A stretch of DNA of 64,000 nucleotides from Polyangiales bacterium (GCA_964202905.1 CAXNJO010000001.1:320001-384000); one strand, 5' to 3'. Positions 32,883-50,270 are shown, counted from the first letter of the stretch. Made by a program: numbers and translations. Notes: a model not told the origin generated them from the sequence alone.

Positions 32883-33494
32883 TCAGCCCTCGCGCGCGGA
32901 GGCCGACGCGTCATTCCCGGCGCGCTCGGCGGGCGCGGTGTCGTCCGCGCTCCCCGCTCCGGCGGGCGCGTCGTCCGCTCGCCCGGTCGCCGCGGGTGCA
33001 GCAGGCACCGCGCCCTCCGCCGCCTCCGGCGTGTCCGACGCAGGCGACGCAGGCGGTGCCGCGAGGTCGAGGAGGCGCGCGTCCCCCGCGAGGATCGTCT
33101 CGCCGTCGAGCACGTACCCGCCGTCGCGGCGCACCCAGCGCTGGCGCACGCGCGTCGTCGCGAGGTCCATCGTGTCGAGCGCGTACCACTGCACGGTGAG
33201 CACGGCCGTCGCGCTCTCTTCGTCGCGCGCCATCCGCACCGAGGACACGTCGAGATCGGCGATCTCGAGCCGCTCGCCCCACCCGGCGTGCGCCCGCACG
33301 AAGCGCGCGCGGAAGGCGGGCGCGACTCGGTCGGCCGCGAGGTCGGCGCGCCCCCAACGGGTCTCGTCGACCATCCCGTGCACCGCGTCGGCGAGGGCGT
33401 CGGCGCGGCCCTGGTGGTTGAGCATGCAGGCGGGCGCGCCGAGCGAGACGACGAGCGCGAGCGCGACGGAGCGGGACGACGGGGGGCGGCGCAT
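32883..33494 (-). CDS. Hypothetical lipoprotein (NTF2-like fold possible)
   Basis: '[14 protein letters not shown]', '[10 protein letters not shown]', acidic Ala-rich tail. Confidence 0.65.
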   Translation of the reverse strand: MRRPPSSRSVALALVVSLGAPACMLNHQGRADALADAVHGMVDETRWGRADLAADRVAPAFRARFVRAHAGWGERLEIADLDVSSVRMARDEESATAVLTVQWYALDTMDLATTRVRQRWVRRDGGYVLDGETILAGDARLLDLAAPPASPASDTPEAAEGAVPAAPAATGRADDAPAGAGSADDTAPAERAGNDASASAREG

Positions 33495-33566
33495 TCCGCG
33501 GACGCTAAGACCCGCCCCGCGCGCGCCGCAACAAAACGGCCGCCGCACCTGTTACCCTCGCGCCCG

Positions 33567-34721
33567 GTGGATCGCGGCGATCGACGTCATGACGCATCGC
33601 GTCATCGGCACGCTCCGTGGGCGCGGTCGGCCCTCGCGGGCGCGTTGCTCGGCCTCTCGGGCTGCACCGTCTACGACATCGCGCTCGTCTCCGATGGGGG
33701 CACCGCGCGCGACGCCGGGCCCCGGCGTGACGCGGGCGAGGCCTGCACGACCTGCCCGGCCGGTCGCCCGCCGCCGCGCCCCGCCGGCCCGGACGGCGAC
33801 GGCCCGGACGTCCTCTTCGCGCTGCGCGACATCCAGCTCGTCCAGGACCGCAACCGCTGGCGCACGATCGGCTACGACCTCGACGGCCTCGACACGCAGA
33901 CGGTCGACGACCCGTTCGAGTGCACCTCGACCCGCGCCGAACCCGAGACCGACGGCGAGGGCGGCGTCGACAACGCCTTCGGCCACCTCGTGACCCCGCT
34001 GCTGCTCGCCGCCGAGCCCGGCTTCGAGGCCGAGAGCAAGCGCTCGCAGACGCTGGGCCTCGGCGCGGTGCTCGTGCGCGTCACGGGGTGGAACGGCGCG
34101 CGCGACGACGCCCGCGTCTCGGTCACGCTCGCGCAGAGCGTGTTCGGCACGCCGAAGGTGGGCGGCGCCGTGCCCGACGCGAGCGTACCCGCGGGCGGCG
34201 TGGACTACGACGCCGGGGTCCCGCCGCTGCCGCGCTGGGACGGCGAGGACGCGTGGTGGGGCCGCGCGGACGGCTTCTTCAACGGCGATCCGTCGATGCC
34301 GCGCACCTCCGACGACAACGCCTGGGTCGCGGACGGCACCATCGTCATGCGCCTCCCGGACCGTCGCGACCTCGTGTTCTCCGGCGCCGAGCGCGGCGTG
34401 CAGTTCCGGCTCACCGACGCGACCTTCACCGCGCACATCCTCGAGGACGGCCGCACCGTCGACCGCGCCATCCTCGCCGGACGCTGGGCGGCGAACGACA
34501 TCCTCGACGCGATCCCCTTCGTCGGCGTGTGCCCGGGCTCGGACAACTACCGCCTGCTCGAGAACATCCTCGGCACCTCGGTCGACGTGCGCTCCGCGCC
34601 CGGCTCGGGCGGACCGGGCGTCGACTGCGACGCGCTCAGCGTCGGCCTCGCCTTCACCGGCGTCCGCGGCACCTGGGCGGGGACCGCGCCGGGCATCCCC
34701 CTCGTGAACCGCTGCCGCTAG
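33567..34721 (+). CDS. Hypothetical myxobacterial lipoprotein
   Basis: 'LAGALLGLSG-C', DAG linker, 'IGYDLDGLDT', 'DGEGGVDNAFG', 'CDALSVGLAF'. Confidence 0.75.
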   Translation: MDRGDRRHDASRHRHAPWARSALAGALLGLSGCTVYDIALVSDGGTARDAGPRRDAGEACTTCPAGRPPPRPAGPDGDGPDVLFALRDIQLVQDRNRWRTIGYDLDGLDTQTVDDPFECTSTRAEPETDGEGGVDNAFGHLVTPLLLAAEPGFEAESKRSQTLGLGAVLVRVTGWNGARDDARVSVTLAQSVFGTPKVGGAVPDASVPAGGVDYDAGVPPLPRWDGEDAWWGRADGFFNGDPSMPRTSDDNAWVADGTIVMRLPDRRDLVFSGAERGVQFRLTDATFTAHILEDGRTVDRAILAGRWAANDILDAIPFVGVCPGSDNYRLLENILGTSVDVRSAPGSGGPGVDCDALSVGLAFTGVRGTWAGTAPGIPLVNRCR

Positions 34722-34848
34722 CAGAACCGTTGGAATCACCGGGATTTCGGGGGTCCCCGCGCCGGCCAAATCGTTGACGCGCGCGCGCTCAGCGTGGTTC
34801 GATGAGCGACTATTCCGCGGCATCGCCCATGCCGCGCAGGGGTACCCC

Positions 34849-41616
<6,768 letters not shown>

Positions 41617-41713
41617 TCGCGGCGCCGCGTTTCGTCCGCGCGCGGCCACGATCGCCCCATTTTTCGCCCGTTTCGCCGGCCTCCGTGCTCTAGGATGCGC
41701 GCGGAGCCCGCGC

Positions 41714-42659
41714 ATGCCCCTGTCGCTCTTCACCGGCACCTCGAACCCTGCGCTCGCCGCGGCCATCGCCGCGGGCCTCGGCGTGAACCTCGGTCGCGCC
41801 GAGGTCTCGCGCTTCCCCGACGGCGAGCTCCGCGTCGAGCTGCACGAGACGGTGCGCGGGCACGATGTCTACCTCGTGCAGCCCACGAGCCCGCCCGCCG
41901 AGGAGCACCTCTTCGTGCTCCTGCTGCTCGCGGACGCGTGCAAGCGCGCGGGCGCGCTGTCGCTCACGGCCGTCGTGCCGTACTTCGGCTACGCGCGTCA
42001 GGACCGCCGCGCGCAGGGCCGGCAGCCCGTCGCCGCGCGCCTCGTCGCCGACATGCTCGCGACGGCCGGCTTCGGCCGCGTCGTGGCCCTCGACCTCCAC
42101 AACCGCGCGATGGAGGGCATCTTCGGTGTGCCGCTCGAGCACGCCTCGGCCGTCCCGGCGCTGGTCGAGGCGATCCGCGAGGCGCATCCCGGAAGATGGT
42201 GTCGTCGTAGCCTCCGACCTCGGGGCGACCAAGCTCGCCGAGCTCTACGCGCGCCTGCTCGGCCTGCCGACGGCCCTCGTCCACAAGAAGCGCGTGAGCG
42301 GCGCCGAGGTGCAGGTGCGCGACATCACGGGCGAGGTCGCCGGGCGCTCACCCATCCTCGTCGATGACATGATCTCCACCGGCGGCACGCTCGTCGCCGC
42401 CGCGCGCTGCCTCCTCGAGGCGGGCGCGCGCCCCGCGTTCACCGTCGTCGCCACGCACGGCCTGCTGGTCGGCGACGCCGTGGAGCGCCTCGCCGCGCTG
42501 CCGCTCGCGCGCCTCGTGCTCACCGACACCGTCGTGCCACCGCCCGCCGCTGCCGCGCGCCTGCCGCTCACCACCGTCTCCGTCGCGCCGATCCTCGCCG
42601 AGGCCATCCGGCGCCTGCACGGCGGCGAGTCCCTCAGCGATCTCCTGAGCTGGGGCTGA
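41714..42659 (+). CDS. prs: Ribose-phosphate pyrophosphokinase (frameshift near 42190)
   Basis: 'FPDGE', 'VPYFGYARQDR', 'LDLH', 'VDDMISTGGT', 'ATHG'; split over two frames by one extra base. Confidence 0.88.
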
Positions 42660-42664
42660 GCGCC

Positions 42665-43243
42665 GTGAGCGCAGCGCGCAGCGCCTCCGACGCGACCGAC
42701 GCGCCACGCTTCCGCCGCGCGAACGCAGGCGACGTCGACGCCATCGTCGCGCTCGTCGAGAGCGCCTACCGCGGCCCCGCGAGCCGCGCGGGCTGGACGA
42801 CCGAGGCCGACCTCCTCGACGGCCAGCGCACCGACGCCGACGAGGTGCGCGCGCTCCTCGCCGACCCGCACGCCCGCCTCGTGCTCGCCACCGACGCCGA
42901 CGGCGCGCTCCTCGGCTGCGTGAAGGTCGAAGACGATGCCATCTCCAAAGAGGGTGTCGGTGCCGCATGGATCGGCATGTTCGCCGTGAACCCGACGCTC
43001 CAGACCCGCGGCCTCGGCCGCGCGCTCCTCGCCGAAGCCGAGCGCCTCGCCCGCACCGAGCTCGGCCGCTCGGTCGCGCGCATGACGGTGATCGCGCAGC
43101 GCGACGTGCTCCTCGCCTGGTACGCACGCTGCGGCTACGCCCCCACCGGCGCCACCCTGCCCTTCCCCTACGGCAACCCCCGCGCGGGCCTGCCGCGCCG
43201 CCCCGACCTGCACTTCGTCGTCCTCGAGAAGCGGCTGGGGTGA
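42665..43243 (+). CDS. GNAT family N-acetyltransferase
   Basis: 'AYRG...GWTTEADLLDGQRT', 'FAVNPTLQTRGLGRALL', 'LLAWYARCGY'. Confidence 0.92.
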   Translation: MSAARSASDATDAPRFRRANAGDVDAIVALVESAYRGPASRAGWTTEADLLDGQRTDADEVRALLADPHARLVLATDADGALLGCVKVEDDAISKEGVGAAWIGMFAVNPTLQTRGLGRALLAEAERLARTELGRSVARMTVIAQRDVLLAWYARCGYAPTGATLPFPYGNPRAGLPRRPDLHFVVLEKRLG

Positions 43244-43282
43244 GGTGCGCGGCAGCGCGCGCGTCGTGTCACGCTCAGTGCC

Positions 43283-43617
43283 GTGGACGACGCGACCCTC
43301 ACCGCGATCCGCGAGGCCCTCACGCCGCTCGACGCCGTGCGCGTCGCGTTCGTCTTCGGCTCACGCGTCGCGGGCACGCCACGCCCCGACAGCGACAGCG
43401 ACCTCGACCTCGGCGTCCTCTTCGCGCGCGACGCCGACGCCATCGCGCTGCACGTCCGCATCTGCCGCGACTACGAAGACGACGCGCCGCGCCCTCTACC
43501 GCCGCGCGGCGATCGCGCGGTGGATCGGCAGGTAAGTCACCCACGCACGGCATCGCGCACGACTTCGACGATCTCAGCACCTTCGCGACCGCCGCCGCGA
43601 CCAGGATCGCGGCGTAG
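43283..43617 (+). pseudogene. Degenerate MntA-like nucleotidyltransferase / HepT-like toxin-antitoxin remnant
   Basis: 'VAFVFGSRVAGTPRPDSDSDLDLGV' (GS..DxD MNT motif) is truncated; another frame carries 'HGIAHDFDDLSTFATAAA*', resembling a DUF86/HepT C-terminus. Confidence 0.55.
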
Positions 43618-43751
43618 CAGACCACGGTGGCAGGCCCGTCGATGACATATCGGGTCGAAGCGTGTGAACCTCGCCGCGGCTCCCGCGCGAGACACCGGAC
43701 ACCGGGGCACGCCGCGCGAACCGCGAGGACGAAGGGCAGGATCGCGACCCG

Positions 43752-44594
43752 ATGACCGATTCGCGGAGGAACCTGCTGACGGCGCTCGCCCTGCTCGCCT
43801 TCGCGGGAAATTCGCTGCTCTGCCGGTTCGCCCTCGCGCACACGCGGCTCGACGCACCCACGTTCACCGCCGTGCGCCTCGCAGCCGGCGCGGCCGTGCT
43901 CGGTGTGCTCGCCCGCGCGCGCCGCACACAGCCACCAGGGCGCGGGAGCTGGGCGTCGGCGCTGGCGCTGTTCGGCTATGCCGCGGGGTTCTCGTTCGCG
44001 TACGAACAGCTCGACGCGGGCACGGGCGCGCTGCTGCTCTTCGGCGCGGTGCAAGCCACGATGATCGGGCGCGGCCTCGTCGCGGGGGAGCGGCTCCACG
44101 AGGTGCAGTGGCTCGGGCTGCTGCTCGCGCTCGGCGGGCTCGTCGCGCTCGTACGGCCGGGGCTCACGGCGCCGCCCGCAGTCGGCGCGGTGCTCATGGT
44201 CGGCGCCGGCGTCTCGTGGGGCGTGTATTCGCTGCGGGGCCGCGGCGCGGGAGACCCCCTCCGCGTCACGGCGGGCAACTTCCTCCGCGCGACACCCCTC
44301 GCCCTGGCGCTCGGCGTCGCGATGCACGCGCACGCATCCTGGGACGGCGAAGGCGTGCTCTACGCCCTGACCTCCGGCGCGCTCACCTCCGGCGTGGGTT
44401 ACGCGGTCTGGTATGCGGTGCTCCCGGGGCTGCCCGCCACCCGCGCGGCCACACTCCAGCTCGCCGTGCCCGTTCTCGCCGCATTCGGCGGCACGGCGCT
44501 CCTCGGTGAGCTGCCGAGTGCACGGCTCGTGGCGTCCTCTGCCGCCATCCTCGGCGGCGTTGCGCTCGCTCTGGCGTCGAAGCGCGCCGCCTGA
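43752..44594 (+). CDS. DMT/EamA family transporter
   Basis: 'AFAGNSLLCR', 'FSFAY..LDAGTGALLLFGAVQATMI', 'SGVGYAVWY', 'QLAVPVLAA'. Confidence 0.92.
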   Translation: MTDSRRNLLTALALLAFAGNSLLCRFALAHTRLDAPTFTAVRLAAGAAVLGVLARARRTQPPGRGSWASALALFGYAAGFSFAYEQLDAGTGALLLFGAVQATMIGRGLVAGERLHEVQWLGLLLALGGLVALVRPGLTAPPAVGAVLMVGAGVSWGVYSLRGRGAGDPLRVTAGNFLRATPLALALGVAMHAHASWDGEGVLYALTSGALTSGVGYAVWYAVLPGLPATRAATLQLAVPVLAAFGGTALLGELPSARLVASSAAILGGVALALASKRAA

Positions 44595-44663
44595 CGCGGC
44601 CGGCGCACGCCCTGCGAATCAAGCATTGGACACATCCATGTGGGAGTGAGGCAGAGTCCATGA

Positions 44664-44683
44664 AGGGGATATGCCAATCCCCT
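44664..44683. terminator. Hairpin AGGGGAT-ATGCCA-ATCCCCT between convergent genes
   Basis: 7-bp perfect stem in an AT-richer intergenic region; no clear U tract. Confidence 0.4.
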
Positions 44684-44712
44684 CTTCGACGCCCATCCAC
44701 GACTGGTCGCGT

Positions 44713-46845
44713 CTACAGATCCTTCACCGTGCAAACCCGGTTTCGCCCCGCGTGCTTCGCGGCGTAGAGCGCTTTGTCCGTCGTGTCGAAGAGGTCGGTC
44801 GCCGTGGTCGCGTGCTGCGGGAAGGTGGCGACGCCGAGGGACGCGGTCACGCGCAGCTTGCCGAGCTCCGTCTGGAACACCGTCTCGCCGAGCACCTCGC
44901 GCACGCGCTCGGCGAGCTGGACGGCGCCCTCGATATCCGTCTCTTCGCAGAGCACGCAGAACTCCTCGCCACCGAAGCGGGCGACGAGATCCGTCTCGCG
45001 CTTCACGCGCCGGAGGATCGCGCCGAGCTCCTTGATGACGACGTCGCCCGTGCCGTGGCCGTAGGTGTCGTTGACGGCCTTGAAGTGGTCGATGTCCGTG
45101 ACGACGAGCGAGAGGCGGCGGCCGAAGCGCTCCGCGGCCTTGATGCGGCGCTCGAGCTCGTCGAGGAAGGTCCGCTTGTTGAGGCAGCCCGTGAGGCCGT
45201 CCGTGGTCGCGAGCTCTTCGAGACGGCGCACGCTCTCGGCGTTCGCGAGCGAGACGGCGAGCTGGTTCGCGAGCACCTGCAACGTCGGGCGCACCGCGCC
45301 GCCGAAGGCCTCGCGGCGGCGCGCGGCGAGGCAGAGCGTGCCGAGCGCGTCCTCGCGCACGACGAGCGGCAGGATGAGCAGGGACTCCATCCCGGTGAGG
45401 TTCGCCTTCTTCGTGTAGACGACGTGCTGCGAAGGGTCGAAGTCGCCGCGGTAGGGCAGGAAATGGCGGTTTTTCACGGCCATCGCCGTGAGCGAGGTGT
45501 TGTCGCGGAAGCTCAGCTTCGCGAGCGCCGCCGCGCCCTCGCCGACCGCGCGCCGCACCGTGTGCATCCGCTGTGCGCCGTCGTAGAGCGTGACGGCCGC
45601 GAAGTCGAAGGCCGCGATCTCCGCGGCTGCCGCGAGCCCCGCGTCGAGCACCGCCTCGCCCGAGAGCGCGGCGCCGAGCGCCTGCGACGCGCGGTGCAAC
45701 ACGGTCTGCTCGCGCTTGCTGCGCTCGAGCTGGACGAAGACGCGCTCGTTCTGCACGGCGCGCAGCACCTGGTGCACGGCGCCCTTGAGGATCTCCTCCT
45801 CGCGCGCGTCGAAAGGCCGGTCGTCGCGGCGGTCGGCACAGAGCGCGCCGCGCAGCACGCCGTTCTCGAGCACCGGCACGCCGAGGAAGCTGCGCACCTG
45901 CGCTGGGCTGCGGTAGTAGCAAAGCCCCTTGTAGCCGGCCTTCAGGTGCTCGAGGTTCATCACGAGCCCGCGCTTCGCGACCGCGCCGACGGCGCCCTCG
46001 CCCGCGCTGAAGGGCCCCTCCGCGAGGTCGTCGGTGTCGGAGACGAGCTCGACGATGCGCATCGTCTCCGGCGCGCCATCGGCCCGCTCGTCGACGAAGA
46101 AGAGCACGCAGGTGTGCAGCTCCAGCGTGCGCTTGAGCAGCTCGAGCGTGAAGTAGAGCGCCTCGTGCACCTCGTCGAGCGACGCGCGGAACACGCGCTC
46201 CTCGTCGCGCGCGGCGCTGTCCGTCGCCGCCCCGACGAGCCGGAAGAGCCGCGCGTCCTCGTGCACGCGCGCCTTCGCCTCCGCGAGCTCGCGGTTGCTG
46301 CGCTCGCGGACACGCGCGATCTCGACGCGCGTGAACACGAGGTTGAGCAGGCCGAACGAGATGACGAAGAGCGCGTGCAGCGCGAGCGGTCGCACATCGG
46401 TGTGCCCCTCGCCGACGAGGTAGAGCACCGCCTCGAAGATCACCGCGACGACGACGAGCACGGTGCCGACCGGCTTGCGCGCGAAGGACGCGAGCAGCGC
46501 GACGACGACGTAGACGAGCGGATAGAACGGCCCCGTCAGCCCGCCGCCGAGCTGCACGCACGCGTGCACGGCGACGAGCAGCAGCGCGCCGAGCTCGAGG
46601 TCGAGCAGCTTGCCCGGCGCCGCGCCCTCGTCCGCGTCCCGCGCGCGCAGGCGCTGCGCGACGCGCACGCCGAACACGAGCGCCCACACCGTCGCGACGA
46701 GCGCGTGCTCGAGCCCGAGCTGCGCGGGCGCCACGCGGAACACACCGAGCACGTCGAGCACCGCGAGGCCGAGCGCCGCGGCGAGCCCCAGCGACGCGCG
46801 CGTGGTGCGGCGGATCGAGAGGGCGGCGTGGACGAGCGTGGACAT
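44713..46845 (-). CDS. Membrane diguanylate cyclase, TM-GAF-GAF-GGDEF (DmxA-like)
   Basis: N-terminal TM bundle, two GAF domains, 'DIDHFKAVNDTYGH', I-site RxxD and active site in 'RETDLVARFGGEEF'. Confidence 0.93.
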   Translation of the reverse strand: MSTLVHAALSIRRTTRASLGLAAALGLAVLDVLGVFRVAPAQLGLEHALVATVWALVFGVRVAQRLRARDADEGAAPGKLLDLELGALLLVAVHACVQLGGGLTGPFYPLVYVVVALLASFARKPVGTVLVVVAVIFEAVLYLVGEGHTDVRPLALHALFVISFGLLNLVFTRVEIARVRERSNRELAEAKARVHEDARLFRLVGAATDSAARDEERVFRASLDEVHEALYFTLELLKRTLELHTCVLFFVDERADGAPETMRIVELVSDTDDLAEGPFSAGEGAVGAVAKRGLVMNLEHLKAGYKGLCYYRSPAQVRSFLGVPVLENGVLRGALCADRRDDRPFDAREEEILKGAVHQVLRAVQNERVFVQLERSKREQTVLHRASQALGAALSGEAVLDAGLAAAAEIAAFDFAAVTLYDGAQRMHTVRRAVGEGAAALAKLSFRDNTSLTAMAVKNRHFLPYRGDFDPSQHVVYTKKANLTGMESLLILPLVVREDALGTLCLAARRREAFGGAVRPTLQVLANQLAVSLANAESVRRLEELATTDGLTGCLNKRTFLDELERRIKAAERFGRRLSLVVTDIDHFKAVNDTYGHGTGDVVIKELGAILRRVKRETDLVARFGGEEFCVLCEETDIEGAVQLAERVREVLGETVFQTELGKLRVTASLGVATFPQHATTATDLFDTTDKALYAAKHAGRNRVCTVKDL

Positions 46846-46938
46846 GCGCGGGATGCTCAGCGGATATCGGAGACCGCGCAGGCGGTCCACAAATCGGCGG
46901 TGCGCGTGTGGCCGCGGCTTCGCTTGGAACTCCACGGT

Positions 46939-46962
46939 GGGAATGAACCGCGATTCAATCCC
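46939..46962. repeat. Palindromic element GGGAATGAACCGCGATTCAATC (copy 1)
   Basis: 20/22 identical to the copy at 58465-58486; imperfect hairpin. Confidence 0.6.
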
Positions 46963-47083
46963 GCGACGACGTACCGCACGCGCAGCGTGAAACATTCAAA
47001 AAACGCCGCGCGGCGCCGTCCCGTCGGAGAGCGCGCCGCGCGGCGTGTCGTGGCCGCCCGGGCGGCCGTCTCAGCGGGTCAGC

Positions 47084-49820
47084 TCAGGGGCCCGTCCAGT
47101 TCACGCGCTCGGCGGTGAAGTTCAGGAAGAACCAGAAGCCGCGCGTCGTGCCGTTCATGTCAGCGTCGTCCTCGTTGGTACCACCGCTGATGTTGCAGCC
47201 ATCGCCGATGGTCATCCCCGCCGTGTTCGTCGTGGTGCGGTTGGCGGCCTGCAGGTGCGTGTACAGAGAGGTCCCGCCGACGAGTGGCAGCGTCGCGGGG
47301 AGCAGGATGTCGGCCGCCGCGCGCTCCGAGAGGAAGCCGCGCACCACGCCGGACACGAGCGTCGTCGGAGGCGCTCCACCCGCGTACGTGGCGTGGATCT
47401 GCGCGTCCGTGAGCGGGATCGCGATCCCCGAGACGTTGATGGTCAGCGTCCGCGGATCCGTGGAGAAACACGGAGCGCTGACGGTATTGACGGCCGGCGT
47501 GTACGTGGCGGGCGTGCCGGCGCGCGTGTTCACCTCGGCCGCGACGGGCGTGAAGCAGGTGCCCGTGGTGCGGTTGTTGGCGATGGACATCACCACGTCG
47601 GGCACCGCAGCAGGCGTGCACGTGTCGGGTGTCCCGTCGACACAGGTCGGATTCGTCTGCAGGTCGTTCGGCGTGGTCATCGCCGTCGTGTTGAGCGGGC
47701 GGAACAGGTCCACGATGTGGAGCGAGTACGTGCCCACGTCGCCGTACGACGTCGTCACCGTCGTCGGAGACAGCGCCTGCGCGAGGGAAGCGTTCACGGA
47801 GAACATCCCGGCGACCTTGTTCTCGGTCGCGTCCGCACAGCCGATGAACGGCACGACGGTGATGCGCGGCGAGACGATCTTCAGCGACGTCAGGCGGAAG
47901 CCCGTCGGTGGCGTCGTCGACATCTCGAGCGTACAGGTCGCGGAGCAGCCGTCGCCCGCGGTCGTGTTCCCGTCGTCGCAGGTCTCGGCCGGCGTCGCCA
48001 TCGCGTCGACGTAGGCGTCGCCGCAGCGCGAGCGCTGGCAGAGGTTGCCCGCACGGCAGATGTCGCGCGTGGCCGCCATCAGGTCGGCGTCGCACGCCGC
48101 GCCCACGGCGAGCGCGGTGCCCGCGCCGCAGCGGCTCGCGAGACCGGTGCCCGTGCAGACCTCGGCGCCGTTGCAGGTGTTGCCGTCGCCGCAGTCGGCG
48201 ACCGCCGTCGCAGCGGTACACGTGAAGGTGCAGTCGGTGTCACAACCATCGCCGTTTGTGGTGTTGCCGTCGTCGCAGGCCTCCGTCGGCGTCGCCGCGT
48301 GTCGCGGAAGCCGTCGCCGCAGCGCGAGCGTGCGCAGGCGCCCGCGCGGCAGACGTCCCGCGTGCCCGCCATCATGTCGGCGTCGCAGACCATTCCGTCC
48401 ATGACGTTCGTCGCGACGCAGCGGCTCGCGAGGCCCATGCCCATGCACGTGTTGTTGGTGCACGGGTTGCCGTCGTTGCAGTTCGTCGCGGCGTTGGCCG
48501 CGGTGCAGGTGAAGGTGCAGTCGCTGCGGCAGCCGTCGGTGTTGATGGCGTTGCCGTCGTCGCACTGCTCCAGGCCCTCGCGCGTGCCGTTGCCGCACGA
48601 AGCGCTCGCCGCGCACATGCCCATGTTGCAGGTGCCGGCGCCGCCGCCGGTCGTCGTGCAGGCGCCGCCCGTGGTGGCCGTGTTCGTGCAGCGGTTCGCG
48701 GTGCACGCGTCGGTGGTGCAGCCGTTGCCGTCGTTGCAGTCCGCCGCCGCGGTGCACGAGAACGTGCAGCCGTTGTCGCAACCATCGCCGTTGATGGTGT
48801 TGGTGTCGTCGCACTGTTCGGCTCCGGAGACGAAGCCGTCGCCGCAGGCGATCGCGACGCAGGCGCCGCCGATCGCAGATCACGCCGCAGCCGCACGACG
48901 CGCCGGTCGCGAGCGGCGTGCCTGCGCCGCAGCGGCTCGCCACGGTGCCGGCGATCCGTGCAGACCTCGTCGCCGTTGCAGGGCGCGCCGTCCGCGCAGT
49001 CCGCCGCGGTCGTGCACGTGAAGGTGCAGGCCGCGCGGCAGCCGTCGGTGTCGTCGGCGTTGCCGTCGTCGCACGCCTCAGCGGCGTCGACGCGGCCGTT
49101 GCCGCAGACCTCGCGCAGGCACGTGGCCGAGCAGCCGTCTCCGTCGACGGTGTTGTCGTCGTCGCACTCCTCGCCCATGTCGAGGCCGCCGTTGCCGCAG
49201 AGCGTGCTCATCGCGCAGTCGGCGCTGCACGAGTCGCCGCCCGTCGTGTTGCCGTCGTCACAGACCTCGCCGACGTCGAGGATGCTGTTGCCGCAGACCT
49301 CGGTGCTCGCGCAGGCCGCGTCGCAGCCGTCGCCGTTCAGGGTGTTGCCGTCGTCGCAGACCTCGTCGACCGTGCCGCCGCCCGCGATCGTGTCGACCAC
49401 GCCGTTGCCGCACGTGTAGTCGGTGCTGCAGTCGGCCGCGCAGCCGTCGCTCGGCAACGTGTTGCCGTCGTCGCACCGTTCGCCGACATCACGGTCCGTG
49501 ACGTTGTTGCCGCAGGACTCGTCGCTCGTGCAATCCGCGGAGCAACCGTCACCGCCGACGGTGTTGCCGTCGTCACAGATCTCGCCCCGACCTCGCATGC
49601 CATCGCCGCAGCCGGGACCCGTGCTCGCGTCCGTGTCGCCGCCACCATCGGTGTCGCCGCCCCCGTCGGCATCCGAGCCACCATCGCCCATGGTGGCATC
49701 GGACACGGAGCCATCCCCGGGCGCGGGCGGCGTATCTCCGCCACCACAGCCCGCGGACAAGCATCCCATCGCGCCGCAGAGCGCCGCGCTCAACCACACT
49801 CGAAGCGATCGTTGCCGCAT
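47084..49820 (-). CDS. Myxococcus cysteine-rich repeat (DUF4215-like) lipoprotein with a C-terminal globular domain; three frameshifts (about 48955, 48878, 48300)
   Basis: 'GCLSAG-C' lipobox; repeated 'CGNG...Ex[14 protein letters not shown]'; the repeats continue across three frames; non-repeat C-terminus 'PPTGFRL...[15 protein letters not shown]'. Confidence 0.82.
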
Positions 49821-49873
49821 GTTGCACGTCCTCCCGCGGCGTCGCGCCGCTCCGTACACCCCGCGAGCCTCAC

Positions 49874-49892
49874 CGTTGAACGCCGTTCAACG
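49874..49892. promoter_or_regulatory. Perfect inverted repeat CGTTGAAC-GCC-GTTCAACG upstream of the Cys-rich lipoprotein gene
   Basis: 8-bp arms in the AT-richer intergenic region between ftsB and the DUF4215-like gene. Confidence 0.5.
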
Positions 49893-49976
49893 CAAGGAAA
49901 ACCGCGTCTTGACGCAGTGTATTACGGGTTTTGGACGTGGCTGACGGGACGCGCGCCAGCGCAGCCCGGGCGCCGC

Positions 49977-50270
49977 CTACTCGGGGAACTGGAAGACGAC
50001 CTCGTGCTCGCGGACCATCCCCAGCTCGTCGCGCGCGAGGCGCTCGACGGCGGCCGGATCCGACTTCAGCGCCTCGACCTCGCGGCCGAGCGCGGCGACC
50101 TCGCGGGCGAGCCGCTCGTTGTCGCGCTCGACGTGGCGCAGCTCGTCCTTGAGCGCGCGGTAGCGGGGCAGGCCCTGCGCGTCGAGCATGCGCACGGGCA
50201 CGAGCACGACGCTCGTCACGAGCAGCCCGAGCGGGAGCAGCCACACGAGGGTACGCAGGTACGCCGACAC
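49977..50270 (-). CDS. ftsB: Septum formation initiator FtsB/DivIC
   Basis: TM segment plus coiled coil, then 'LKSDPAAVERLARDELGMVREHEVVFQF'. Confidence 0.9.
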   Translation of the reverse strand: MSAYLRTLVWLLPLGLLVTSVVLVPVRMLDAQGLPRYRALKDELRHVERDNERLAREVAALGREVEALKSDPAAVERLARDELGMVREHEVVFQFPE

